From Azolla caroliniana (taxonomy: Eukaryota > Plantae > Polypodiophyta), in the NCBI GenBank assembly GCA_043228905.1, contig JBHGNT010000018.1, positions 186,001 through 250,000 of the forward strand: a stretch of 64,000 bases of DNA, written 5' to 3'. This document shows, piece after piece, positions 1 through 14,200 of the stretch. Position 1 is the first letter of the stretch. Every line of letters starts with the position of its first letter. Made by a program: the position numbers and the translations under genes. The notes under the pieces were generated by a model that was given only the letters and a program-made list of their open reading frames with translations, ran no database searches and had not been told where the DNA came from.

Positions 1-1846
1 TTGCAAGAAACAATAAGCTGGAAAAACCACAATTGCATCAGAAAAAGGCAATGCAAATAAATATTGGAGGTAAAGAGATTACACCCTAGTGAATTGTTGT
101 GTGTCCTACACATCAACTTTGGCTTAATTATATATGCAAAGGTTGGTGGTGCAACATGTAAGGCATGAAAAACCCTTATAAAATAGGCATTGGGCTTTTT
201 GCTTTTACTCATTACATATTATGTTATTGTGAAGATAATAATGGCCAACAAAATTGCAAAAGGTACTCGTGAGTCGTGTTGCATGATCAATGGATTGCAA
301 ATATACAAAAAATGAGAGAGATGTTGATTGGAATGAAATATTTTCTTGCATACATTATTTAATGAGAGAGACTTACTGATAAAGTAGCACCGTAACATGT
401 GATTGGGGACTACCGCCTTTTTTTTAAGTCCCAAAATCATAAGTAGCCTCAATAAATCAATCAAAAGGCAGCCTCCATTCAATTACGGAACAAAAAGATA
501 GACTAACCATTTGCTCTATTACAAAACTGTAATTGTAAGGTGCCTAAGAACCCTCTTCAATGCGCAACGAAAACAACCGTCCTTACGTTACAGTATGGAC
601 AATAGTTAGGTAGTTGTTTAGTAATCAATCTTTACCTTGCACTTTCCAATCTTCCTTGAATAACTTGTGCCTTAGGACTATACACAAATGTACGTGAATC
701 CCAATTCAATATAATTTAGTGTCTTCTCAACAAAGGTTTCAATTGCACACTCCAACTTAATATGTTAAATGAAGTTTTGATATTTGTGAGAGTCTAATCT
801 AGAGTAAGGAGCATAATGTAGTGTGCATTGAGATTAAGCAAATATGCCATTTTGTCACAAAATTGTTCGAAAGTTGTGAAAAGCAATACGAATTAACACA
901 TGCTTCGATTGAAGTCTTTTATGTACAATATATGTAGAAAAATGTCATCGTTATTGTGGACATATTAACTCTTTGCCACTATGCAATGACCAAACACCTA
1001 CAACTGAAAATATCACACGAGAAGGTTAACATATATCATGGCAGACTAAGCACATTTGGCTAACATTACACAACATTTATGGCTAACATGAGACATCAAT
1101 CGTGCCTAACATGTTGGGATGACACTTTTTTATTATTATGTTGAAAGTTATATACAAATATGTATTATATGTGTAATTCTAATGCACATATATTGTGACT
1201 TGTGAGATACATTTATGATTATCACTCAGAGGATCTCACTTTCCTTTGTTGTTTGTGGATGCAAGTTTGACAATCGAATATGGGAAACTAGTTGACTTAG
1301 TTGAATGTGTCAAGTACATTATGATAGTCTTGTGATTATGAATACAAGGTGGCCAATGTTGGCTAGCAAGTGATAGGTTTGAATAAGACCAAGATGATGA
1401 TAGACTAATGTCATGTTTGAACTAGACGGCAAGTCAAGTTTGTGTTTAGTATGAGTTGGATGAAATCAACTCAATGCCAAGATTGAGATAAATAATGAAA
1501 CCAAGTATGTGTTAAGGCGAAATACCATAAGAAAACTGAAGGCAAAGCATGCCCTTTCCCAGGTTGAAGAATGTATGAAATTTATGATGAGAACGTAATT
1601 AACCCATAACAAAGCTATATGCGTGCTCATAACAAGGTTGGGCTTGGACATAAAGCTAGGCCTTAGTCTTTTTAGTCACAGGGAGGTCAATATCAATGTC
1701 TAATAAGATAGATAGAAAGATATATATCTTTTTAAAGCTCCACGGAGGACTGATTACACTCTAAGAGATGAGGCATAACCAACAACTCTCTTAATGTTAT
1801 GACTTTAATGATATAGTGGAGACCACCAAGCCAACAAACGGAGAGA

Positions 1847-2036
1847 AGTCAAACGTAAGTAGGTGAAGTATCAAAGTTGAGGTTGGTCAATGTGACGGCG
1901 AAGTAAGAACAAAAGGTAGCGAAGGCAATGAAAAGGTCAAGCGAGGGCCGATTGTGGAGGTCAAGTTTAGACGAGAGAGGCAGTGTGCGTGTGTGTGTGT
2001 GTGTGGGGTAAGGTAAATAAGGCTAAGGACTTGACC
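1847..2036. promoter_or_regulatory. W-box (TTGACY) cluster upstream of the WAK-like kinase
   Basis: Five TTGACY/RGTCAA sites in about 190 bp (1847, 1885, 1935, 1959, 2031), just upstream of a CT/GA-rich leader. Confidence 0.5.
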
Positions 2037-2392
2037 AATATTTTTCTATTCCTTTTATTGGGGGAGGGTGCCATGCATGTATGATGCCATAATGATTGTA
2101 ACTGACATACATCATCTCTCTAGATTCTATCCCCCCCCCCTCTCTCTAGACCGTCCTACTGAGACACTCTGTTCTCTCTATCTCTCTCTCTCCACTCATC
2201 TACCCCTTTCAAATTCACTCTACCAAATCTCCATGAAACCTGAAGAAAGAAGAGGTCCCCAAAGAAGAAGAAGAAGAAGAAGACGGAGAGGGAAAAAAGG
2301 TCGCCATAGCTAATTCGGAGCTTGTTACTGGTATTGTGTTGCACTATGGTAGCTCTTCAAGACTATAATCTTTCAAAGCATCTGATGTGATC

Positions 2393-5300
2393 ATGTCTAA
2401 GCTTCGTCTTCTTCATTATCATCCCTTGCTACTACCAATAGTAACCCTAACCTTAGTTTTTGATCTTTCTTCTCATTGCAATGGGCTCAATCCAAAGCAA
2501 AAATGTGGGAATCTGGACATAATTTACCCATTTTGTGTAAAAAACTCGAGTTGTGAAGATAGAAAACCTTTCCATGGCATGGAAAACTATGAACTTGAAT
2601 GTGATTCCGAGAGAGCGTGGATAAGCTTATACTCGCACCACCGACAACAACAGCCACAACGATATGAGGTTCTTGGTCTTGGGCCAGAAATGATTCGAAT
2701 AAACCCCCTTCATGGAAATGATGATGATTGTGGATCAAACAACTTGCATTCATTCAACCTCACTGATACCCCCTTTAGACTCTCCACCTACAATATCCTC
2801 CAACTGTATAACTGCTCGCAAGAATGTTATAATTGCACTATCCCTCTGAGCTTAAATACAAGTACTAACCCTAATTGCTCGACATTGCCACATCAAAAGA
2901 TGTGCTGCGAAGTGCTTGACAATTCACCCTATTGGGGACCATTTTTCAACAGGTTTCCTTCTTCGCAATCATCAGATTTCAATAGTTTGCATTCGTCCGG
3001 ATCAGATTTCACCAGTGGATTTACGAGTCTAGAGAACTACACTCTTTTGTTCGGGTGCTCAGTATTCACGTCTTGGGCATATTCTACTCATGCTCAAGAC
3101 TCTTCTTTCAATGCTGAGTTCGGGCTTAATCTTGACTGGTATCTTGAGGGGCCATGTTCGTGCTCTTCCAATTCGAAATGTATCGAAAGGCCAGGCGTGA
3201 TAGGGTTTAATTGCCAATGCAATCCGCCTTATTCGGGTGATGGATATGTTCAATGTCTCCAAGGTAATTCATCTGCATACATTATTAGGAAAACTGCAAA
3301 TGTTCGACTATGTAAAACCTTTTATAACTATGTGTTGCTTTTGTAAAATCTCTGAAATGTGGTGTTCTTGTCCATTTTCAATCGCAGGATCAACCAATCG
3401 GCACCAAGGAAAGAAAGCACATGTTTTCGGAGTATTCGAATCCACTGTGTTTTTGGCTGGTAAAAATCGTAGAATATATTATGAGTATACTTCTTAGGGT
3501 TTAATTAAAGCCTAGAGCAACCCCCCTTAGGATGATGTCACTCTGATTTTTTTAAAGAAGCAACAGTGTATGTTTACTATTTTATAAATAATAATTTAAA
3601 AGAAACCAGGAAGTGTCTTATATTGACAGAATGTGTGAATATATAAATAGTCATTACAAAGGCGTTACATTATGTACTCAAATGAATTAAGGTTCATATT
3701 AATATTACAGGAATCCTTGTGAATTCTCTGAATACCTACGAATTAGGGTTCACCATCACAACCAATATATTTACGACTTGTAAAATTTAAATGAGAGTTA
3801 TGAGAATACAGATAACTATATTTTCGTAAGGGTTAATAAAGGTTAGGTCTATGTTCAGAGTCCAGACCATAGATGTTTATGCTAGGTTAATGGGAGACCT
3901 ATATCTAGATCCATGGGACTTATGGGTGGTAAAACGCAAAAATGCACGATGGTCAGTCATATACATAGCTATGGTGTTAGAGGTTAATTGTACTACACTA
4001 GAGGTGTTAGACATTTTCCATTTAGGTAAGAGCCTACTTTCCCTCATGCTTCCACAATGCTCAAGATAATGAGATTTCTGCATGGGAGACTCGGTATATC
4101 TATCCAGATATGTACTTGAGGCTCATTATAGCATTAGGTGCGAATTGAAATGTGGAAATCAATAAGTGGGAAACTGTCTAAGACTTCTCTTTTTAAGTTC
4201 CTGTCTATATATAGCTTGGTCATCGAGAGTGTAAATAAGTTTATCCATCCAACTGGTAAAGGGTGTACTCTAGTCCTTAACTTAATTATTTAGTTATGAA
4301 ACTCTCCTGTTTTTGTAGAATCTATGGCGTATGGCAGCTTTCTTTCTTTCTTTCTTTCCAAGGTGTTTTGTAAAACTGAAGAGGGGTTTAAATTTGGACA
4401 GGGGTGATTACAGCAGCTTTCATCATCGGAGCTGCAGTGATAATAGGGGCGATGCTATTACGATGGAGGAAGGAGGAAAGGTGCGACGAAATGAAGAGAA
4501 GGATGGCAGAGAGGAAAGGGGATTTAAACATGTTTCGAGGTCTCTTGTCTGGGTTGGAGTTGTTCTCTTACAAGCAACTTCATAAAGCAACAAAAGGCTT
4601 CTCACCAAATGAGAAGCTGGGGAACGGCGCCACGGGAGCCGTGTATTCGGCGAATCTCGAAGATGGACGTAGAGTAGCCGTGAAGAGACTCCATCATTTT
4701 CACACCCAAATCGGCTACAAGCAAATGGTCAATGAGCTTAGTGTGCTTTGCACTGTCAAGCATAGGAATCTAGTTCGGCTTTTTGGTTATTGTGTTGAGT
4801 CCTCAGAGCCATTGTTAGTTTTCGAGTTTGTTTCCAATGGAACTCTGGCCGAACATTTGCAACGAGAGAGGGGAGAAGGGCTAAGTTGGTTCACACGCCT
4901 TGCCATTGCAGCAGAGACTGCCGATGCCCTAGCTTATCTCCATTCCATGACCCCGCCCGTGCTTCACAGAGACGTGAAGTCTCGCAATATATTGCTCGAC
5001 CACGAGTTCAACACCAAAGTCGCCGATTTCGGGCTCTCCCGTATCGGAACGATCCCCTCTTTAGAATGTTCCCACATCTCAACTGTTCCACAAGGTACTC
5101 CAGGCTATCTAGACCCTGATTACCATCAGAATTTCCATCTTTCAGATAAAAGCGATGTGTATAGCTTTGGAGTTGTCCTTATTGAGATCATAACATCCCT
5201 GAAACCAGTTGATTTCTCAAGGGAGAAGAAAGAAGTGAACCTTGCAGCTCTGGCTGTTGCAAAGATAGGCAGCGGGCGGTTAGATGACATAATTGATAAG

Positions 5301-5603
5301 TCATTGCAAGCTCATCGAAGGTCGAGTGTGAAAGCAATGGTGCAAAGGGTTGCAGAGCTCGCATTCCGATGCTTGGCTTACGATAAGGACGTGAGGCCTT
5401 GCATGAGAGAGGTCTTGGAGGAGTTGCTCCTCATTCGCGGCTCGGTGCCATTTTCTATGGTTGATATAGATGAGAGTGAATCCGGATGTTCGCTGTCATC
5501 GTTAGAGGAGGATCACTTCTTGTTAGCAAAAAAGACCACATCATCGTCCTCAGATGCCACACCCAGAACTGACAGCAAGGACTCTTCTTCTCTGGATGCT
5601 TAG
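2393..5603 (+). CDS. Wall-associated receptor kinase-like protein (WAKL14/WAKL21-like), ~714 aa
   Basis: Exons 2393-3263, 3388-3459, 4402-5603 with GT-AG introns join into 715 codons. Signal peptide, Cys-rich GUB_WAK-like domain (CGNLDIIYPF), EGF-like domain (CQCNPPYSGDGY), TM helix, and an RD kinase (GNGATGAVY, VAVKRL, HRDVKSRNILLD, DFGLSR, GTPGYLDPDYHQNFHLSDKSDVYSFGVV). Confidence 0.92.
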
Positions 5604-7843
5604 GTTGTGATTCATGCGAGATATTATGCTAACACATGACTTATAAAAAAAGCGCAAAGGTTATGCCCATTGCAATGTGGCTTTTGGATTTCCCTTGAGA
5701 TGATGATTGATGAATGTTGTATCATAGTAATTTTAGCGTTAATCTCAAAATTTCAACAAGTACACCACATTCTTGGTGTGAAAGAATCATCATCATTCGT
5801 TGAAGATCACATATGACCAATTGATTCTAAAACCACTTTACCCATCAGTGTAATATAGTTGCGACTGTCTCACTGGAAGTGTTTATTTATTATACAGGGA
5901 TTCATCATTTTTGCATTGTAATAATCTCCGTATTGTATATTCTTCAAAGTACATGTGTCAAGCTTAACAATGCGTTAAAACTTCCTTTCCAAAATACACC
6001 TTCGCGCACTCATTGATGCCAAATTTGAACCTCTCCTTTGAGAACCATCATTTTCATCTGTTCTACCCGTTCTCTGCTGGCATAAGGGGGAGAAAGGTTA
6101 TATTGCCATCTTGCGCATGCAAAATTCTCTCATACTTGAACATGGGACTCTGGAGTTTAGTTACACCTTGCGCGAAGCTAGATGCCACTTTGTGTAGAGT
6201 TTCCATTGGCACCAAGAAGGAATAACAATACCTCCATCTGCCATTTAACCATCCGTCACTTCTGGCCTTGGATGTCCAATGTGACGCTTTTAAAGATATT
6301 CAAACACCACCAAAATCTTTATTTCCAAAGCTGTCATAAGGTGACTCACAAATTTATCTATTATATCTACATGTCAACCCTTTGCGTTGCATGAACAATA
6401 ATACACCAAGCCAAACCCCTTGCCCCATCTTGAAGCACTTCAACGTAAATGCAGCCAAAACAAGTCATGATTGCGTTGATTGACCTTGCTAAGAGCCGCC
6501 CATTGAAGTGAGAGGTGGGGGGGAGGGCATCGCCATATAAGATGCCATGATTACACATTCCAAAGAATATTGAGCTAGTAAATTTAAAGACATTGGTTTG
6601 CTCGTATCTTTAGCATCATTTGGTTGTTTCAGATTTTAATACCAAACAATTTGAAGAAATGGTATGATGTGCTACAATTTACAGGGAACGTCCTGCATTT
6701 TGTAAGAGAATTTGGACACTCATCTGAAAGATACATATATGGATATTGTTACAAAAGTGTAGGCACCACAATAAATTAAAGAGACAAATCACAATTTGTT
6801 TTGTGGATTACAGTAACAAGATTAGGGGATGAAGTCTTCAAAAACCTCACAAATTTGAGGTAATGTTATACCCTTAATGTTGTGTGTATATGGGCATTCA
6901 CACATATGTTTTCTATACATTAAGTTTACAAAAACCTCTCCTTAAAGGTCAGAAACACTTACGTTAGTCCGGGTTGATCCCTATCGATGATTTAAACAAA
7001 AAGATTTATGTTGGTTACACTTATGATGATAAAGATCTTGGGCACAAGATCGATGGCAAAAATGGAAAATCTTTTCAGTTCTAAAAGCAAAACTTGGAAA
7101 TTTGGTGTTAGGGTTTACAGACAATCTTTACATAATTTCAGATAGTTCATTTGACTATCTGGGGGTATGGCTGTGCCTCTGGGCGTCATATTTTCAGGTA
7201 ATATGGACATTTCTAATCATATTCACTTTCACCATACTGTTTTTGAAATTATATCCTATTTTTAGTTTTTCTTTGAGGCAAGACTCATGCTATTCTTCCT
7301 CTTAGATAACTCATTTAGAATTTGTATCAACACCATTGGGATTCAGCTAGAGCAAATTATTTTGTAACTCATGTGCAGAGGAATCTTGTAACTGACTTTT
7401 CTTGGCCCTCAAAATTTGGAAGGAGATATGAACCACATGCAAGCTGATCACTTAGTTGACCTCACATTAATGTTCCTATCAGTAGAGACTCATTTTGCCA
7501 AAAGCATCTTTACAATTCATAACACCATTGCCAATCAACCATAAGAAACACTGTTGTAACGTGTGTCCAGAAGATTCTTGTAACTGATCTTCTCCTAATA
7601 TTAGACTTGTTCATGTCTGACTTGGTTGTCATGCCAATATAAACTTTTAAATTCTTTGGTTCATTGTAAAAAACACATCTCTCTTCAGGTATAAAATAGG
7701 AAATTCCATTCTGGACAGGATAAATAAACATGTATTAACTATGGAGTCTAACAGATGTAAATCGATTTTTCCTACAATCAGATGATAACCTGTAAAGCGG
7801 TTCATGCAAGCTGACTTCATACTTAATACGCAAAGTAGACCAT

Positions 7844-10089
7844 TTAGTTCGGTGGCTTTGAGTCATCATTTCTCATTCTGTTCTTTGCTTCTTGTAAGTA
7901 TTCTTTAAGAATCTCCTCAGATTCTTCTAAAGAAACCATGGTCTCCACACCTTTGTTTTCCTGTATAGATTTTACCACAAATTTCTGACACTCCACTGCT
8001 TCATCAAACCTGCAGCATGAATATTAATTTGCACAGGATGGGCGGTGAGGATAAGAGATTATAAACAAATTTAACGGAGTAAAATAGTATCGGTACCATA
8101 AATAAGTGCTAGTTACCTTCCAAACACACTATACATATTTGCAAGGTTACTATGTACAGATATTGTAAGTGCATCAACCTCCAAGGAATTTTGAGAGACC
8201 ACTTTCCTTGCAGCCTCAAACTGCTCCAATGACTGGTCAAGCTTCCCTACCTCTGAGTATGCAACTCCAAGATGGTTATAGACATCCAATAACTCTTCAC
8301 TTTCAGATCCATGGACACGCTTCTTTTTGGCAACTGAATTCTCTAAGTAAGGTAAAGCCTCGTCAATTTTTTCAATCTGAAGAAGCAAGAAGCCTATCTG
8401 CCCTTCTACATCTGCTCCAGCTGGTCTGGCTTGCCACTCAGAACACTGGTTAAATATTTCCAAGGCTTTCTTATATACAGATATTGCCTGATCGTACTCT
8501 TGTTGTCGCTGATGAACCAACGCAAGGCTTACCAAGCTTGACCCAATGTCTAAAGAACACTTTTGCTGTTCCAACGAAGTCAATGCCTTCTTGCAATACT
8601 TCATAACACTGTTGCCCCTCTTTAACATAGCAAAGCATCTTGCAAGCATAATGAATGCGTTTCCATGACAGAGACTTGTTTCAGCTGTGGCTTCAACAAC
8701 ATCTTTCAATCTCTTAATACATTCCTCATACTTTTCAAGCTGGAACAATGATTCAACTGAAGCCAGATCCATAGATGCGACCTCTTCAAACCTTCCTAAC
8801 CTCACAAGGATGGGTCTAACGATGTCATATTCACATAGAGCATCCTCAAACTCTTTAAGATCAAAGTAAACCATTGACATAAGTCTCCGTACATCTGCTG
8901 CTTGAGAAGAGTTTGTTCCATAGTAATTGTTATAGTTTTCCAACGCTTTAAAACAGAAAGATATTGCTTCCTCGGGGTCTTTTGCTTCTTTAAAAGCCTC
9001 CGCTGCTTGCAGATACGAAGCTCCAAGATTAGGGTTTCCTGGTTCCAGAACCTCTTCATGTATAGCAATTGCTTGCAGAAAATGGGGCAATGCTTCCTGA
9101 TACCGGCCAAGAGCCATCTTGCTTTGTCCAAGAAGAGCTTCGACTGCATGCCCAAGGGTCCATTTCTCATCTTCACCAATAGATATAATATTCGATTTCT
9201 TCAAAATCTCAAGAGCATGTTCTAGTTTCAGTACTGCTTCTTCGAAATCACCCATCTTGAAATGAGCATATCCAGTGACATGCAAGCATGATGCGTGCTC
9301 CCATGAAACTTCCAAAGGTTTGAATACCTTTAATGCTCTCTGTCCATATGACAGAATCTTTGCAGGGTCTCCGTCAGCAGCGTCACAAAATTCAGCTAAC
9401 CTCAAGCATGTTGTAGCTATCAAAGTTTCATATACATCTGGAGATGCTTCCATTCGGTTTAATAAATCTTCTAAATTCTTCAAAATCCCTCCACGAGAAA
9501 TCTGTGTTTCTGTTTCAAGCATTCTACCCCTAACTTGACCAGAATTCTCGCCTTTTCCATCCATTTCTTTAAGGATTGACGAGACATTATTAGCTTCTGT
9601 TGACTTCAAACTCCTTCCTTGCGATAGCTTTCTGTCTTTTTCATCCTCATCCCAAAGCTTCCCACTTTTTTCATCTTTGTCTTCCCAAAGTTTACCTTTG
9701 TTCCCGACTCCACAATTTCTCTCCCCGTTTCCATCCACGTCTTCACAGTTTGATAAGCTATTATTCCTAAAAGGTGATATATCGGATATGTTCTTTCTAG
9801 CAGAAGCTCCAACACAGAATCTTCTTTGATTCTTAAGATAGAATGAACTCTTCTTCTTTCCAACATTTCTCCATGGAACTAATTTATCCTGCATAGATCT
9901 TTCATCTACGTTTAGATTAAAACACATACCTCGAGTGGGATGTCTCGAGGAGGGAGTTCTGTCTCTTGCAAGGTTTCCATGGTCTGCTCCAAGCAGACGA
10001 CATCCTTGTAGAGTTGGACGATTACGGGCAATGAGACGCGATCGAGGAGAGGGAAAGATTGATCTAAGAAGGATGGCAGATATCCCCAT
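7844..10089 (-). CDS. Tetratricopeptide-repeat protein (kinesin light chain-related / nephrocystin-3-like) with probable organellar transit peptide, ~712 aa
   Basis: Exons 10089-8117 and 8009-7844 (GT-AG) join in frame. Many 42-aa-type TPR units (e.g. VYNHLGVAYSEVGKLDQSLEQFEAA). The N-terminus is Arg/Ser-rich and poor in acidic residues. Confidence 0.85.
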
Positions 10090-10984
10090 TCTTTTTCCTC
10101 GTCAAAAATATAACAAAGCATACATACATATATATCGTCCGGTGAGTAATTAGCTCTGAAGGTTTTTCGGAGCCCTTCAAATAAATGCAAGGTATATATA
10201 CATATGTATACGTGTCTATTTACTAGTAGACTCCCGAGTAGTGGGAGACAATTCATGAACCTTTCCATAGACTAATGAACCTTGGGGGTTATATCATTAT
10301 TGGGCCATGGTGTATGCAAGGGGATATGTTGTAGGCTAATCTAGAAGGTTCATGCTAAGGGAGGAATCAATTTGATGCTCTTCAATAACCTTTTTGTTGG
10401 AAGATAAAAATTTTGCACTTGGAATTAAAGACCGTGTCAATGGTGGTATATTTGTCATGACTTATGTCATATTGTAGTTCCGAGTGTATTCATGATCACA
10501 CTTCACAAATATATACACAATTAATGATCACTGACTGTGTGGTGTATACCTGTCTTTATTACTTGGAGATCCTATATTGTGTCATTGCCTATACTATCTT
10601 CATCAGGTGCCTCGGAAGATTTTCATTTTTGGGTATGATATTAGAGAAATATTATCACTCTTCATTTATGTTAACACAAAGGTTTGTTTTGAAGTTCTCC
10701 ACATTAAGTGTAATAGGTAACATATGGTCACCATATACATACTTCAAAGAACAGATATTATTTTAATGATTAAATCCAAATGAATCTTTCAAGTCACCAT
10801 CAAAAGTATTTACAATGAGCAATTGAGGTCTATAGATCAATTCGCAAAGCCAACATGAAGCATGAATGGTAAACATGTTGCTCTACAAACTTGGTGTTTT
10901 GGGGCACCCATTGATGAATCTGTGAGTGCCTCCAATGACCTACTAGCATGAGTACTGCCTAAATAAGTGTTTAAAACATCCACA

Positions 10985-11049
10985 TTATCAAATAGTTGTT
11001 ACATGTGAAGTAAACCCTAAACCCTAAACCCTTATCAAATAGTTGTTAC
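10985..11049. repeat. Interstitial plant telomere repeat (TAAACCC)3 flanked by an 18-bp direct repeat
   Basis: TTATCAAATAGTTGTTAC at 10985-11002 and 11032-11049 surrounds ATGTGAAG plus (TAAACCC)3 at 11011-11031. Confidence 0.8.
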
Positions 11050-11264
11050 CCATTGCCAATTCATCCTTGTATTTGCCTTGAAAAAGTGAATTGTTGAAAC
11101 AATTGGCAGCTAGGTCATTGTCAAAGCTTTGTTATTTCTATGAAATTCACAATATTGTGAATCCTTTCTTTACATGCACAAAAATCATTTTCAAACTTTT
11201 CTTTTAGTTCTATATAGATTATGAAGATGTTCAAAATTTCAGAAGATTGAACATTTAAGCCAAT

Positions 11265-14200
11265 TTAGTTCATGGGGAGAATAGGAGATGTGTATCGAGT
11301 CACACATATCTGCTTGAGATGCATAATCCCCCAAACAAGGCTATAAGCAATGAAAGTTACAATGCCCAATAAAAAATACCTGGCACACAAAAAAGAACTT
11401 ATTAAGGCCCTCACTACACAAGTTGAAAGAGATCTCGATAAGTACTGTAGCTTTAACACACATATATATTACATACATACCATAGAGGTGCCAAGTTTAC
11501 TGAAACATCAAGAAAAGAATATGGCCATCTACAACCAACAAAAGACTGTTAATAATTCCCCACTGACACAGAAAATTTCAATAATTCAAATACTCAAATT
11601 CAGATCTTTCCCCAATATGCACATGTAAAAACTTAGCCTTCGTTGTTCTATACCTTTGCCTACATATCTTGAAATAAATAATGATGTCCAAATTGTCCTA
11701 AAGTCAAGAATTGTCACCTTAATTCTTCCTGTTTCCTTGAAACAAAACTTTCAAGACTTGTCCTAAAGTAACAATTTTCAAGCATCAAAATGACACATGA
11801 CTTGGATAGCTTGGCTTGCCTCCCCTTTGCCACTCAATTTGCGGTAAGAATATGCATTGCAATTTTCACAAATCAAGTAAACTTAAGAGAGATAGTTACA
11901 TTAAACCATTACAACAACTATTAGTGCCACAAATCAAAATAAGCTTTCAGAGAATCAATCAAAATTACATGAGCTTTTACAATATTTGAACATTTTTATG
12001 TTTAATTCGGTGTAGGAAGTCTACAAGCAATGAAAATATCATCTTGGTCATCGTAGAACTCCCATGTGCCCTCATGATTCACTACCCAGAGTTGTTCAAG
12101 TTATTGTCAAAGCCTACATGTTTGAATCCCCATAGTACCCAACCCGAGAATGAGCTCTCTTGCTCGTTTTACAGTTTTTATGCATTCTCTTGCCAGATAA
12201 AACAAAATTTCGGATTTCAGCAAATTGAATGTGGACTTTTGATTTATATGCACACACTTCCTTAGCATTTCCCATGCACTGTAGCCCATCATTTCTTCTT
12301 AGTCTCCTTTAGCTTAGCAGGTCTTGAGCCCTTGCCCTTTTGTTGCTGATGGTGAGCTCTTCTAATATGAGCTATGCTTTGTTGCTGATTAAATATTTTC
12401 TGCTTTTCCATTCTTACATCCACTTCGAACAAAATCTCAAGCCTTTGTACAACATGCCCTTACTGCACTTTTCTCCCTTTGCCCATGCCATATCTTGACA
12501 TTGTCTTTGCATACTCTATACAAGAATACAACGACGACTTTTGACCCTTCATACTAGCTATGGTCTCTATCAGGATTTATCGGGATTCATAGTAGTAATG
12601 GTCTTTCTGTCAAGCAGAGTTATAGATTCCCTTTGTACAACATGCTCTTACTGCACTTTTCTCCCGTTGCCCATGCCATATCTTGACATCGTCTTTGCAT
12701 ACTCTATACAAGGATACAATGACAACTTTTGACCCTTCATACTAGCAATGGTCTCTATCAGGATTTATTGGGATTCATAGTAGTAATGGTCTTTCTGTCA
12801 AGCAGAATTATAGATTCAATCTTCCCTTTATTCCAAATTTATTTGAGTTGAATCCATATGACTGGATGTTGGAAGGATGACTGACAGTTCCCCACAAGCA
12901 TTAGAGAGAAGGTGTTTACACTTTCCAAGGAGGTCTTTTATTGATATAAAAGTTTCACTTGTTTGTTTTACCAAGATAGAATCTCAAATTGAGTAGGGTT
13001 TTAGCCATATGACAATGGATTTTGCACTATGATATCGTTCAATCCATGAGGTCAACGTCTACAGTACTCCTGAAGTATAGCTTGTGGAGCCATGGCATAT
13101 GAGATAATCAACAAGATTCATGAGGAGAAGACAGCCTTCAAGGGTATTAACAATTTATTATCACCAAGTTCATGGAGCACTACATAGAAACACTTTATAC
13201 AAGGTGCCATTAATTGATAAGACACAATTTACATACATTCCCCCTAACAAAAATTGCACACAGGTCCTGGAGAGAAGGTGTATACACTTTATCCAAAGTA
13301 TGCATGGAGAGGGAGGACTATAAAATATTACTTTACTTCTACGGAGGTTTTCTAATGCTACAAAGTTTCACTTGTTTGTTTTACCAAGATAGAATGTCAA
13401 TCTGACTACGGTTTTCGGCATATGACAATGCATTTTTTCTATGACATTGTTCAACCAATGCCTCAAGATCTAAAGTTATACTCTTGAATAACCAATTCTG
13501 GGAACACAGCATATGAGAGCATCAACAAGATCCATGGGGAGAAGACAACCCGTCAAGCATACATTAGTTTACTGTCACTGAGTTCGTGGAACAATACATA
13601 AAAACGGTACCAAAAGTGCCATTAATTGATATGGGCAAGCTCAGAGAAACACAAAACAATATATATATATATATATATACACATTCACAATGCAATGCCA
13701 CATTTTGTGAATTTCACTAACGGTCTTCTATACGGCACCCCTACAATCAAGACTTTTGATATATCCATTTCATAAGTAAATTACACAAGGCACGCATCTT
13801 TGGTGACTCAATATCTTGTCCTTTCTAGTGAACAATGACAAAAAGAAGAAGACACACTCATATCAATGTTCTAGTTAATTCAACGTTGTATCTCAGCCTT
13901 AACTTATTTATAGAAATAGGCAGCCCATTTGTGTGCACAACTGGCAACCTATAGGATATATCCCTTCCCAATGTCTTAAGGTCCAACATAAGCTAAGCAC
14001 CTATGAGATAACGTTCATTAGTCGTACAACATCTCAAATATCTACACATGCTTCTGATTTGTTTTGCATCAAACCATTTTCCTTCAAATAATGGATCACA
14101 AAGGTGAGATTGAGGATCACAGTGGCTTACTCTTTTTCTCCTAACGCATGTACAGTCCAAGTAAAGAATATGAAGATTGATGTATAGATGAAGAAATATG

